This document shows, in pieces, positions 13,757 to 27,474 of a stretch of 64,000 nucleotides of DNA. Positions within the stretch are counted from its first letter, which is position 1. Every line of letters starts with the position of its first letter. The stretch lies in the NCBI GenBank assembly GCA_047495785.1, contig JBLDXI010000009.1, positions 3,224,001 through 3,288,000 of the forward strand, written 5' to 3'. A program made the position numbers and the translations under genes. Source of the DNA: Lepidodermella squamata. Lineage: Eukaryota; Animalia; Gastrotricha. The notes beneath the pieces were generated by a model. The model was not told the DNA's origin. It saw only the letters and a program-made list of their open reading frames with translations, and ran no database searches.

Positions 13757-15864
13757 ATGCTCGATAGCTCGCTCGCCCTGCCGAAGAATGTTACGAACGA
13801 GATGCAGGTGATGCTGACAAAGATGTACTTCATCTCCTACTTCGACTACGCAATAGTCATCCTAGCCATGGTTGCAAATATCATTATCCTTATATCCGTC
13901 ATACACTGCCAACTCAGACTGCCGGGTTACCGAAGGTTTTTGATCAGTTTAAGCGCCGGCGATCTCTACATTTGTTTCATCAACTTGCTAACTCTGTTTT
14001 ATCAAGTCGTTATAACGCCATCGCCTAGCAACGGATTCTCACAGCAGCTGGGCAACTTTACTGGCCATATTGACGAGGATCCGAACAACGGCATAGCTCT
14101 CACCTGCTTTGCAAATCTTCTGAGAGCCCTGAAATTAGCAGGTCTTTTCACAAATTTGCTCAACCTTGTCGGCATGAGTGCTGATCACTTTTTCGGCGTC
14201 GTAAGTGGACTTGATAGCTTTACGCATGAAAAAATTGCCTTGTATGGTTGCAGGTTTATCCAATCAGATATCGATACGTAAGTTTTAAAAATAGAAAGGT
14301 CCTCCTTAACTTTTTGCTATTTTTCAATGTGTGTTTTTCCAGCTCATGAGTAAAAACAGAGCACGCCTGCTAGTCGTAGCGATATGGATAGTTTCATTCA
14401 CTCTACTTCTTCTCGACATACCGATAAATGTGGCTCTGTATTACATCACAAGTCTGGGATCGAATCATCCACAAAGTGACTTTATGAATGGCAACGAAAT
14501 GCATTTCATGGGCCTTGCAAACGCATCTCATGGAATGCTTCCCAGCAACATTCGCGATCGAATCTACTCTCGCTACGGCTTCAACGCCACAATTAAAACT
14601 CGCCGAAACGTGGACGAGTTGCGGGTTATTCTTGATAAAGTCGACCCTGGCTCAGCTGTCCTGATAGAACAGATTATAAACGGGACAACGGAGGATGACG
14701 AAGAAGAGCTTTTCGCGTCAGATAGGCACCACGCACCGTTAGTTGTCTGAAACTAGGACAAATAGAGAAATACGCATATACCTATCTTTTAGCACTGATT
14801 TCGATGCGAATGAAATTCTTAACAAAATGCTGCTAAAGGTCAAAGCCGAGGACGAGAATGAGCGTGAGTTTTGCACGTTCTTTTCGAGTGGCAAAATGTG
14901 GTTCGATCTGTCAATCATCGTACTCGTGTTTCTCTGCTTCGTTATCATGACAATTTGCTACGGCATCGTGCTGAAGCGGGTCACGCGCCGGATGAATGAT
15001 CCGGTTTTGGCTGGTCATCGTAATCGGAAGCTTATCCTTACTACAATGATGTTTCTTGGCTCATTCATGATTTGGTAAGGCTCCAAATTAATTACGACCA
15101 CGCCACAAAGCGAAGAATAACAACTTAATCTTTGCTATATATTTCTCGTATTACAGTTGGCTTCCACTCATGGTTTCCGAATTCGTCCTACTGCTCATCA
15201 TTCAAAATGGACATCTACCAGGCGAGAGGCAAAATGAAATAAAAAAAGAGTTTTACAGGTGAGTTGATTCACGATAGTCGAAAAACCGTCATGAATAATT
15301 CATTTCTCAAGATTTTACATCGTTGACCGGTTCTTCAATTCATTGATGATGACCTATCCTCTCATAGGTTTGACTAGCCATTTCTTCTTTAAAAAAATGC
15401 TAACTGTTCAAATATCAGATCCAATTATCTACGCTGCAAGAATTCCAGCAGTTCAGCAGGTGATGTTGATGTTCATTTCTCAATGGATGCCTTGCTTTTC
15501 GCACCTGGCCTCGCGTTACCTGAACAAGCATAACCAGCGGCTTATAATGGCTCGAGGATCCATAGCCATAGCTTTAGAGCCAGCTCTTTCAATTATGACG
15601 ACAACAACAACCGCCAATGCCCTTCATCAAACTCCGGAACAAAGGCGGCGAGTGAATAGCACCTCCGCCGCAGCTAGATCTAGCATTTTCAGTAGCTTCC
15701 GCCAGCCGAAAGTGCCGGCGAGGCGGCAAAATTCATGGTGTACAGGATCTAGGAATCCACATTCAGTGACCCATATGGTTACTGCCGGTCCTGTAAATAA
15801 TAGAAGATTCTCAGATGAAAATGTTCAAACAGAAAATATCAGTGAGAGGACTTCCAGCGAGTGA
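13757..15864 (+). CDS. Class A orphan GPCR, member 6 (long ECL2 and long Ser/Thr-rich C-tail)
   Basis: 'NLVGMSADHFFGV', micro-exon VYPIRYRY, 'GKMWFD', CWLPL, DPIIY. AATAAA near 15892. Confidence 0.9.
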
Positions 15865-16050
15865 TTTGTTCCCAACATTTTTTAATTTCTCAATAAAATT
15901 ACAAGTGAGTATCCTGCAATGTCATACACCACCTCACACCACGTCGTGCGTACCGTCGATAAATGAGCTGGCAACGTGTCACTGTGATGACTCATCCATC
16001 CTGATAAATACATTAGAATCAGCCAGTATCTGGCTAAGTTTTTGCCGAAA

Positions 16051-16629
16051 ATGTTTCTTTGGGACTGGATTCAGTCTATGCTAGATTACTTGAATCTATA
16101 TCGCAAGTCAGGTAAATTGCTTTTTCTTGGCCTCGATAATGCAGGCAAAACCACGCTTATGCACCGGTTGAAACACGACAAGGTCACTCAGGCTCTTCCG
16201 ACGATGTATCCAACCTCGGAAGAAATGACACTAGGTGGCGTCAAATTCACTACTTTCGATTTAGGTGGCCATTTGGAGGTTCGCCGTATCTGGCGCGAGT
16301 ATTTCCCAGCAGTCGATGGGATAGTGTTTTTGTTAGATGCGAGCCAGCAACACCGCTTTCCCGAAGCAAAATTCGAACTAGATGGTCTGCTGACAGATGA
16401 ATATATCGCTAACGTGCCAATCGTTATTCTGGCAAACAAAATCGACAATCCAACTGCTGCGTCTGAGGAGGAGATCAGGAATTATTTCGGCTTGGATGGC
16501 AAAACTACTGGTAAAACTGCGAGTAAGGGCGATGCAAAGTACGGCCGGCCAATAGAAATATTCATGTGCTCTGTTTGGTTTCGTCAGGGCTATGGCGAAG
16601 CTATACGTTGGCTAGCGCAATTTCTTTGA
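16051..16629 (+). CDS. SAR1: Sar1 small GTPase (COPII), intronless, divergent
   Basis: MFLWDW amphipathic N-helix, GLDNAGKTT P-loop, PTSEE, FDLGGH, NKID, MCSV..RQGYGE..RWL: the Sar1 signature set. Confidence 0.95.
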   Translation: MFLWDWIQSMLDYLNLYRKSGKLLFLGLDNAGKTTLMHRLKHDKVTQALPTMYPTSEEMTLGGVKFTTFDLGGHLEVRRIWREYFPAVDGIVFLLDASQQHRFPEAKFELDGLLTDEYIANVPIVILANKIDNPTAASEEEIRNYFGLDGKTTGKTASKGDAKYGRPIEIFMCSVWFRQGYGEAIRWLAQFL

Positions 16630-16892
16630 CGATGCATCGTGGTAATATTCGTTTATAAATCTGCTTATCAAATTCAGTATTTCAGTATTTGCAAATGAGA
16701 AGCGATTCCTAATTCGGGCGAGTGATGCCTATCAATAAAATATAATTTGGTCATCACCAATTTTTTCCGGATTTTATTTTGGAATCCCCTAAATTCTGTC
16801 ATAAAATCTTGAAATGTATACCAGAGTCCTTTTCAACAGTGATGAATGCTAAACCACTTTTATGGGGGCCGAATCTTACACATTGAGTGCAA

Positions 16893-16916
16893 ACACACAC
16901 ACACACACACACACAC
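16893..16916. repeat. (AC)12 microsatellite
   Basis: Perfect AC dinucleotide run read directly. Confidence 0.95.
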
Positions 16917-19318
16917 GCATTGCCATTATGATGATTCATGAGCGGTGCATGATTCATCGCCACGCGTTGCAATAAGAAGCCCATGCATAACAACGTCATT
17001 GAGAAAACGCTGTTGGATTTGGAACTAACAGCACCGCATATTTTTCCGGTAGTGGCCTCTAGGCAAATTGAAACCAGAACGAAGACCAAAGCACTGCATT
17101 GCAAAGACTATCAGATATTTTGTACCATATTACACAATGGTAGGAGTATTAAAAAGAGCGATTTTCCCGTCAAAGTATGACCTCTCATAGTCTATGAAGT
17201 TTCGATAGTTCGCATTGCTTATTGCGATAACGCAATCGCCCTTTGGGATGAATTGCCTACTACGACACGACAGTTACATAAATGCATCGTGAATTAAATT
17301 TCTCACGTTATCGTACTAAATTGGATTTCATTTCCGGGTTTTCGTAAACACGCAACATAAACAGCATATCAAGCTATTATTGAATAACGGCCTGGTTTGA
17401 CAGAATGTTTATATTCCTCAGTAAGATGGTGATCCGGTGCTACATAATGAGCTAATAAGCTATGATTTCTCAAATATTTTATTGAAGACTGGATTTCGAG
17501 CCAGTTGGTAGCCATGGCGGAGCACTTATTGTTGGTAAGGGATTTTCGTTCAGTTGATGACCAGCTGAAGATCGCCCATCCATTCCAGTTTTACAGTAAA
17601 ATCGCTCTCAAATCCGTTTAACGCGAGGCGATTTATCACACATAATTATACCTGTTCTTTCATCTCTCACATCAATAGATGTAAGGCGCCGTTTTATGAC
17701 ATAAAAGCGGCTCAGCGCTCACGACCTGCATTGAACACGCAATGCGACACATTAAGGCTCTGTAATCGGCCAGCACGGCTTTCTACGATAGCTAGCATTT
17801 TCCGTGCGTAGGTATGATTAGCGAAAGCTGAGCCGTGTAACTCATCGATAGGTAAACTGTCGATACTCTGCGAAGGTGCGTTTATATGTTTAAACGTGGA
17901 TGTATTCTATACCGTAAAAATAACAATCCAATCTCGCCCTGCGTGAGAGCACGTCCGCATTATCTGTACACCCTTCCATCTAGTTATTTTTTCGACTGAA
18001 TAACATGCGCTTTATAACTTATAACCAACACGGGTAGTTACGAGTAAAGAAAACCTATGATAAGCCCGTCATCAATGCGATACCTAGTTATTGGCCCTAC
18101 AGCAACTGAGTGCATCATCATCTTTGTACAGGAAATCATATCATCAGCTTTATGATTGCATTTTCAGCGCTGTTTTAAGCATTGTGAACATACAAGTGAC
18201 ACGTGCTCCTCAGGGAGAAACGTTGCAGACCTAAAGAAACCGCATTTTGTCCTGAAAACTGACACTATAAATATCGCATTTCATGTCACATGACAGAATT
18301 TTCAAAAATTCTATTAATATCCCTGCAATATCCTTGCAAAAGGAAGGAAGCGGCCCACATAGACATTTTTTATTCAAATTTATATTGACATCGGATAATT
18401 TTGAAACTTAATTCGTGCTCAACAACACTCGTAGCAGCTCATCTAAACCTGAAGCGATTTTTTAAACTTCATTCGTTTAACTCGGAATTGGCGTGTCCCT
18501 TCAATAAGGTCAGTCCTTTTTTAAACAAAATATAGCCACCTTATAGAACTAAGTTCATCGTTTGAAATTCAAATAATTGAGCCCGAATTAATGCCCATTC
18601 ACTGTAGGATGCTAGAATAATTTTGTTTCATTTGTGAGAAAAGACAGAAACAGCGAATTCGACAAAAAATCACTCTGCGAAAAGTGTTCGACATGACAGA
18701 TTTTCGACCATCACAGAGTTCGAGATAACAGGTTTTACTGTATCACAATTATGAAAGTAATTATTCCGATTTGCTTTTCGCCTTGCTAAATAGAGTAGTA
18801 TGTTAGGCTATATCAAAAACCTCCTGTTTTTAAATAAAATGCACTTATTTTATCAGCGATTAATTCAGTTGAAAATTGATAGCAATACTTATGTGATTAA
18901 TGCTTGGTAAACGTATCAGAACATGAACAACCTTTGGAAACTCTGAGATTACCGATCGCGCTGATCCCGATAAGGGTTTTTAAATTCGGACTCATCATAA
19001 TCATGGATAATGAATAGGATCCACGGCAGTATTTAGCCCCCGAAAAGCCGAATTTCGGCATGGCATCGTCTATCGTAACTTCCCTTCATATGCTCATAAT
19101 ATGGGACAGGCGTGGCACATTTTCTCGTATCGTAGCTAATAATCAGCTTTGAAGTATTTTTGAGATCGGCCGTCTCAGAGAGCCACTCGCCTTTTGTTAT
19201 CCTCGATATCTTTTTCCTTTAGATTAATTTTTCGATGAGCTATATTTAATCAATAATTTCAAAAACGGCCCTGATGTGACCTAATGGAAGACGACAAAGA
19301 AGGCATTGCTGAATTCAT

Positions 19319-21209
19319 ATGGCATCAACGGTGAATAGCATATTCACGTACTTCGATTCGTCGATAATCTTCCTATCAATCGTGGCCAACTGCTTCGTTC
19401 TTATTGCTGTCGTAAAATCTAACCTGCAACTATCCGGTTACAAACGCTTCCTAATCAGTCTAGCCGTAGGAGATCTTTTCATCTCCATTGTCAATGTGTT
19501 GTCAATTTTCTACCTAATTGTCATGTCAACAATGTCAGGAAGTGCTAATATCACCACCGCCGTGCCTTACTCAATTTTTATGACTTGCGGCGCCCAGGTG
19601 TTGAGGACCCTGAAGTTGGCCGGATTCTGCACAAACCTCCTCAATTTGTGCGGGATGAGCATTGATCACTTCATTGGAGTTGTAAGTATCTTGCATCAAT
19701 TGCGGAACTAATTATGAATTAAATCTGTTAATTTCAGGTTTATCCAATGAAATATCGATATGTAAGCCTTTTCTCTCGTGAAAAATGCTCCATAATATTT
19801 TAAAATGTTTTAAGGTGAGTCGTAAAGTTTCCAGGATAGCCTTGATAATTATTTGGACATTCTCATTCGCCCTGGGTATTTTTAAAAAAGGTTAACTTAA
19901 CACTCAATCATTATATGGTCTTCCTTAGCTTGCCTTGATATTCCTATAAATCTGATTCTCTACCACGCGGCTTCAAGTCAAGATCTGATACTGGACCCCG
20001 TAAACGCGACTAAAGCCCCACCCAGAAATAAAACAGCCGCGTCAGAGTTGGAACTCGAATTGGAAGATGAAATCAACCTTCACAGCTTGATCGAACAACT
20101 AGGGTCTTCTTTTGACTCACCGAGCTACTATGACGATGGCATTTCGTTCAACGCAACAAATTCGTCGATTATACTAGCGCCGCTTGTCTCGACTAGGACT
20201 AACGCGACATCGACAAAAAATTCATTAAGGCGGATACTTGCCCTACTCCAGGAAGAGGATCGTAAACTGGATACCGAAAAAGGGGCTTGCACTTTCTTCG
20301 ACGTCGGAAAAATGTGGCTCGAGATCTGGGTCATTGGCCTGGCACTGCTCAGTTTTGTCTTTCTCATCTTTTGTTACGGTGTTATTTTTCGCAAAGTCTC
20401 CGATCGAGAGATCATGAAGAATACTATCAAGAATCATCATGCTACCGGGAAATTTATTTGGACCACAATGATTTTCCTCGGCGCCTTTTCATTCTGGTAT
20501 GCGAATAAGATTTAGTACTGACTTTTCGTGAGCTTGCCTCATTACAGCTGGCTGCCGTTTATGCTGAACGAATTCGTGATGCTTCTCCTCTATCAAGCCG
20601 AGCAGAGTGCGTCAGGAGATCGAACTTCAGTGAATTTTGATCGTTTCTTCCTGGCGGGACATATTCTCAACTCGGTGCTCATGTGCTATCCCCTAATAGG
20701 TAAAAATACCCTTAGAAACAGACGTTCATGAAACATTAGGATGATTAGGACATGGGTTAAACGAAAGGATGTGCGGTTTACGATAAGTTGTTATTCACCC
20801 CCTCCCTCATGAAGTTCTCATGTCTGCGCATGTTCAAGGGTCCTTAGGCCTTAGTTATTTTGTTCCTTAGAATGAAATACCTCTTGTTCTGCTTTCAGAT
20901 CCGGTCATATACGCTGTTCGAATACCTGCCGTTAATTTGTAAGTTGTGATTATTTCCGCCCTACTACTGAATTTTCTAGAACCGTATTGTTTTTATAGCT
21001 CTTTAAGGACTCAGTTGGCGAAGTTGTCGTGTGGGCTGATGAAAGCACCTGAGAGACGGCACATTCCTCTCGGACAACCGACCCTCAGCCATCCCACGCA
21101 GTCCAACAGAATTTACGAGAACGGCTCCCACGCGCAAAACGGCGATTGCTCAGGCGATTCTCTACTCTTAGACAGGCCTCGCCCGGTTCCAGATACACTG
21201 GAAACATGA
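19319..21209 (+). CDS. Class A orphan GPCR, member 7
   Basis: 'NLCGMSIDHFIGV', micro-exon VYPMKYRY, 'GKMWLE', CWLPF, DPVIY. One longer intron of about 200 nt at 20700-20898. Confidence 0.9.
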
Positions 21210-21748
21210 AATTACTTGTATTGTTGTTTGTTTGTCGAATCTTACTTCGCTGATTTATTTAGCCTCTTGATAGCAATCAAATTGTTGTTAGCTCAGTGGC
21301 CGAGGTCATAACGTGGCCGACGGGTAATAAAGACAGAAAGATTGCATGAGTCATTTGATAATGTGTTATTCGTCAATAAAAAACAACAATGGTTAATCTA
21401 TGAATAAATCTCACTGCAGTGATATCATCGCCTGACATAAAAACTACGCAATTGCCTGAATTACACGCCGTAGGAGTAGAACGACCTTAGTCATTCACTA
21501 GCGTGTCGTGTGCAAAGTCACGGGAACTCGAAATTCAGCTAAATTTATATACCTGAGCTAAGTGACGGAAATAATTCGAGAGCCCCGAAATTGCTTAATT
21601 ATTTTTCACTTGTATTTTTCTCGAGCGTTAATCAATGCGCCGATTTGTACATTTCGAACTGAAATAGCTAGATGTACGACCCTGGTTGACGTTGATTAAT
21701 TTCTACATCGAAGGGCTTATTTGTCCGGCCCACGGTGTCCGTCCCTCG

Positions 21749-21755
21749 TATAAAA
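21749..21755 (+). promoter_or_regulatory. TATA box of secreted gene A1
   Basis: TATAAAA about 75 nt upstream of ATG 21827. Confidence 0.55.
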
Positions 21756-21826
21756 GCCGAAATTCTTTAAGCTCCAAAAAATCTTCTTATTTCTTGCCTT
21801 TAGTTGCTCTATTTGTTAACGTAAAT

Positions 21827-22291
21827 ATGGCGAGAATCATGACGCTGTTACTTGTATGCTTGCTGGTCCATGCATTCAACCTTGTATCAGCCAACAACAT
21901 CTCACAACTTCGGTTGATTAGAACCGGCGATGCCGATTTATCTGTTCCAGACCTTAACGATTTCGAATCCAAAATGGAAGGTAAGTATCCTGCTAATTGC
22001 TTGATTTTTTTAAATTGATGGTTGGTTTTCACTACAGCTAGAATACGTGCTCTTATTCGTCGCCGAGAAGACTCGAAAGCAATCGAACTTTTGCGGATAA
22101 TGTTCAAACTAGAGAAGAGGAAACAAATGAAAGAATGCGGCCGGTTGTTATCGGAATCACTGTGCAAGAACAACAGCCCAGATCCCTTTTATTTGTGGGC
22201 GAAACTTGCAGCGCAAGATATGACTAAAGATCCGACAGATGGTATGCGGCAAAGGATAATGTCAGGGCTGCGTATGCTATCAAGAAAGTGA
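21827..22291 (+). CDS. Small secreted protein family A, member A1 (135 aa; exons 21827-21980, 22038-22291)
   Basis: Signal-like MARIMTLLLVCLLVHAFNLVSA; phase-1 GT-AG intron; KRK then CGRLLSESLCKNNSPDPFYLWAK; clear paralogs elsewhere in the window. Confidence 0.88.
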
Positions 22292-23905
22292 TTTCATACC
22301 GCGATATATATATAATTGTTAATTTCATGTATCCTATTTTCTATATTGACTCAATTGTGAATTTTGGCGATTTTGACAAATTAAAACAACATGATCTGCT
22401 TGTTACTCTGGTCGATATTCATATCTCTAACATTGGTTACGGTCATTTTGCATCGATCGAGGCTGATACCTAATCCATTATAGGATTTTGGTCCATTCCC
22501 AAAACACGGCGGAAATTATAGGCTTATCAGATGCGCTTCGTGATCAGCAGACATCTGTGGACAGTTGCATGATAAGCCTGTACCCAGGGTAAATATTGAA
22601 TGAGCATTCTTGTTCACTGTGAATAGTTTGTTTAAAAACATGCTCGTTTGTACTGGACAAATAAAGAATTATTCCACTAATAGCTCTGCAAATAGGACTT
22701 TCATTTAAGTAACGGCTCTGAATCCAATTTAAAATGTCTGTCTCTGGCAACTAGTTATCATCGGGGTGCGATTTTAGAGGCCTTGCCTGGACAACTAAAA
22801 CGACACCGTTCGAAAGGAATGAAGTCCCGCCTACAATTTAATGTCTAAAATGTCTAGTTGATACAGGAGTTTATCAGTCTCCGACTTTCGATTATCTCCG
22901 TTTTTACATTATAATCTTCGCATTTTTCAGGTTCAATAATTGCTAAATTATTCATTTCTTTCAGCGATGAGCTCTGGCTTAAAAACGCCACATTTGAAAT
23001 GTATAACAATGCAAATTGTTCGCAAGTTAATAAGAAAACTAGCGCTTGAGCTCGGAATTATTATGGTTAGGCTTTTTCTACATTCGCTCATTATTAGAAT
23101 GCTGCGCATAAGGTTGTCAAAAGTGACATATATGGCCTGGCATCGGAAGTTTGCCTCTGAACTGTCGACCCACGCTGCGTCTAGGCAACAGTGCATTTCG
23201 CCCGTCTGTCCGATGAGCCGAATTCGTATGAAACCCATGCATAAAAAGCCGAAATAAATAGTGGGGGCAATAAAAATCCTCAAATCGTGGGAAAAGCAAT
23301 AAACTTTAACAGCCCTTTACGCTGTACGCAAAAAAATGTCGATAATTGTTATTTTGAAGAATAGAAAAGGAAGATTTCGCAACATTCTCTCCGCCGTGTA
23401 ATTTCCGCCGTGAAGTATCCGGGGAGCTGGAGAATTGAAATAACGGTGCCCAATATCCAATATCAAACGGGCAGGCTATTAAAATATGGAAATGGGCATG
23501 GTTAAGAAAAGTCTGTCCATGTACTATGTACCAGTCGCATGAAATCGATATCGATAAAACATCCCAATAAATTTGTTATCATAGCATCAGAATAAATCCC
23601 ATCAGCATTTAGCACGCAGGGTTGGAGTTCAGGCGATATCTAACTGTCCTCTTGGGATTCGAAAAGAAAAAGCGCTGTTTTCCAGGGTGTTAAGAAAATG
23701 TGGGATATTATTCGCGAACTCGGTCGCCCCGCCATTAGACAGTTATTTCAACGAAAAGACTCTAGTTTGCCCAATTTAGTGTAATGAAAATCTGCACGAC
23801 ATAACCACGTGAAAGAACGCAATTATAAAATGTATTTTGATTGCTTCACTAGGTCCATCTTTTAAGTCACACAAAGAGGATGCTTTTTAGCGATTTCAAA
23901 TTAAG

Positions 23906-25380
23906 ATGACTACTACCGAAGTGACATTCGCATCATTTGATATCACTATATCGACGCTCGCTGTCGTTGCGAATTGTTTCGTTATCACAGCCCTGGCCAG
24001 GTCAAACATCGGCCTAGCAGGTTACAAGCAATTCCTCATCAGCCTTTCTACCGGAGACTTATTCATTGCTTTCATCAACATATTATCTGGAGTTCATCTT
24101 CTTGTATTTTCGGATCGAATTTCTAGCGAGATCTGCCTGAACGACTCCGCTTCGGACATTCTTGAAACTTTTATCGGCAAATGCTGCGACAACATCCTGC
24201 GCATCCTTACTTTAGCCGGGTTCTTCACCAATCTCGGCAATCTTTGCGGCATGAGTGTTGACCATCTCATTGGTGTTTTGTGGCCTTTGAAATACTCTTC
24301 GGTATGGCAAACATCTGATCTTCCGAACATTTGCTGTTATATTTTGTTTTCCAGATAATGACGCGGGAAAACACTCGTATTGCAATATTTACGATTTGGA
24401 TTTTTTCTTTTTCCTTAGGTAAGTTAGGCAATAATGTAGGTTAAAAATAAATTGAATTTTCCTTCGTAGCCTTCATTGATATCCCGATCAGACTTGCGAT
24501 GCTTGACGGCGCAACTGATAGCTCGGTCCCACCTACCCTTATTTCATTAGATAATCGTTCACTCGACTCAAAGGATGGGCGAACCGATAACTCGCGTCTT
24601 CTTCTCATACTGAACCGGCTATTTGACGAAGAGCAGAAAGACGACGCTAAATGCGAGCCCTGTCGATTTTTCGATGGTGATTCAAAGTGGCTTGAATTAG
24701 CAGTCATCGGATTGACCGTTTTCAGCTTCGCCCTACTTATAACATGTTACGCCGTAATTTTCCACGTGATCTCGACCAGACAAGCTAGCATCGGGGAACT
24801 GTCTGCCAGCAAGGCAAACTGTGAAATTCAGGGCAATAGCAATCGGAAATTCATTCGGACCACTTTCATGGCTGTCGGCGGATTTGCGATTTGGTAAGAA
24901 TTGCAGCTCGATTCTGTGAAAATTTCACGGTTAACATTTCACAGTTGGCTTCCTTTCATGATCAATGAGTTGATAATGCTGCTGGTTTACCGCGATCAGC
25001 CAACAGAAGACTTCTCTCAGTTAAGACAGCTCTATCTCACTAGCCAAGTTCTCAACTCGATTCTGAACGTTTATCCACTAATAGGTAAAAGGGCAAATTT
25101 TGACCTAGTTCATTGAGACACATTTTTTCTATTATCCAGATCCTATTATCAACACTGCAAGACTGACTGAGGTGCAGAGGTGAGTTAGACTTCCTATGAG
25201 GCCTGAAGTTTCGACGAATTTGATTGTAGAAACCTTCGACAGATCTTCGTGAGGAAAAAGGCCCCTTTGCCAGATATGCAAAGCTCCCCAATGCTGACGA
25301 TCACGAGTAGCCCTGGCCCGGCAATTCAACACTACGACGCGACAGACAACTCGATATCGACACTCAGTGCTGAGAATTAG
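23906..25380 (+). CDS. Class A orphan GPCR, member 8 (DPIIN, no TM7 Tyr)
   Basis: 'NLCGMSVDHLIGVLWPLKY', 'SKWLE', CWLPF, DPIINTARL. Last exon ends ...LSAEN* at 25380. Confidence 0.88.
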
Positions 25381-26001
25381 TCCTCTTTTAGTTGTGATAA
25401 ATCAATAAAGGCCCTTCTTCGACATGTCTCGCGTTTATTTATACATCACGCTTGATTTGGTAATTGTTAGTTTTTGATGGGATAATTAGGTTCAAGTCGA
25501 TAAATAGCTCAAGCAATTCAGGACAGTGATGTTACACAAATCGTGAGCGGATTCACGCTTCTATGGCACATTCAGGAAACGAGTCTTTGAGGATTCTCAA
25601 ACAGCGGATGTATGCGACGATGCATTTATCATTCAGCTCAGACACTGAGGTTGCATTGGGGTCCAAAACTCAACTAAATGATGCAGATGTTTGCTTAGTT
25701 CGAATGTCTTGTCCATCTCATCTTTATCCATTGAAACCCTACGGACAATATTGCGTGATGACAACCCTCAATGTACTCATATGAATAGTACAATGGCATA
25801 CTACTACTATCTTATGTGCACTTTTCGTAATAGCAAAATATTTGAATTCCCTAAGTATTAAACTCATCACTACTTAGAAATCGAAATTATTCTGGAGAAA
25901 ATGATTATTAAAACCGAAATATTTTTTCATCGATTTACTTTTAGCTTTATATAAAACGGAAGCCTGATATCCTTAGCGATGACCCGCGGCAGCAGTATAG
26001 A

Positions 26002-27474
26002 ATGTCGCTGAGCGTAGCATTCGCTATATTTGACTCGATTGTAGCCACCTTGGCTATCTTGGCTAACTGTCTCGTGCTAACCGCCGTCTTTGGAGCCAAA
26101 ATTTCCCTCACTGGCTACAAGCATTTCCTTATGAGCCTGTCCGCCGGGGATCTCTTCATGTCAAGTGTCAATATACTATCATTAGCTTTCCTCGCCATTT
26201 TTTCCGGCACTAATGTCGATGAAAGTTGTGTTGGATTCCTTCAGAGCATAATGCGATTCTTTGCGCAATGCGGGATCAACGTTCTGAGAATATTGAAGCT
26301 AGCCGCATTTTTTCTGAATCTGGCTAATCTGTGTGGGATGAGCGTGGATCATTTGATTGGGGTGTTATACCCTCTAAGATATCATGAGGTAGGAAAATTG
26401 GCTTGATATTCTTTCAGTATTCAATGCAGACCTTTCGATCAGCTTCTTAGTTCGAGTAAGGCTAGACTCGCGTTAGCTACAATTTGGATCTTGTCCTTCT
26501 CAATTGGTAGGTTGAAATATTAGGCCGATCAAATTTATTAAAAAGCCATTTTTCAGCTATCTTGGATATTCCGATCAATGTGCTGCTACATGTGATTCAA
26601 ATAAATGATCGATCGACACCGATGCCTCAACCGAAACTACGGCAGACTAGTGATATGGATCTTGAAGACTTCATGACTATTCTCCCAGCAAATGAAGCTG
26701 CTCTCGTTGATGAGATAATGCACGATACTGAGTTGCCATCAAATTACACACAGGTTGAAACATCCACGAGTATATCAAATGACAATCTGAGCCCAAACCA
26801 ATCGATTGATCGAATTTTCTCAATGCTACGGGAAGAGGAAAGGATGTCGGACTGTACAGTTTGCCGCTATTTCAACAAGCCAACGATGGGCTTAGAGCTT
26901 GCTGTTATCGCGCTATCGGTCGCCAGTTTTCTATTCCTACTCTTCTGCTACACCGCCATCTTTCGACAGATTATGAAGTCTACATACCGGCATGGCACAG
27001 CAAGATTTATTCGTACAACAATCATATCCTTGGGCGCTTTCGCTCTATGGTTGGTTTAATGTTATTTTAGTGGTAGACGCATACATTGATTTTTTCCGCT
27101 CAGCTGGCTGCCGTTTATGATCAACGAGCTGATAATGCTATTTGTTTATCGCGGCCATGATTCGTTTGAAGTCAACAATTCCATTTTGCGTGGTCAAATT
27201 CTTAACTCAGTTCTGACATGCTATCCGTTGATAGGTTTGCTCTCCTTTTCCGGATAACCATTTTTGTGCAAAAATGCTTCTTTCAGACCCGGTGATATAC
27301 GCAACACGGCTGCCGATTGTAAGAGCGGCTTTGCAATCTATGCTGCTGCGAGCTTCCTGTGGCATGATCACTTTCCCCAAAGAAAATTCGCCAGGCAGCA
27401 GCAGGAAATCTTTCATTGGCTATATTTCAGAACAGCCAAATGCATCTCCTTTTTTAGAATCCGAGAACGTGTAA
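26002..27474 (+). CDS. Class A orphan GPCR, member 9
   Basis: 'NLCGMSVDHLIGVLYPLRY', 'MGLE', CWLPF, DPVIY. Confidence 0.9.

Noticed and set aside
16799-17104. ORF with hydrophobic start and CVCVCV
   Set aside because: No ATG (TTG start after stops), and the Cys-Val run is just the AC microsatellite.
22940-23299. Overlapping ORFs of about 100 aa on both strands, including 'RKLALEL' resembling B3
   Set aside because: No signal peptide, Cys pattern or intron structure matching families A or B.
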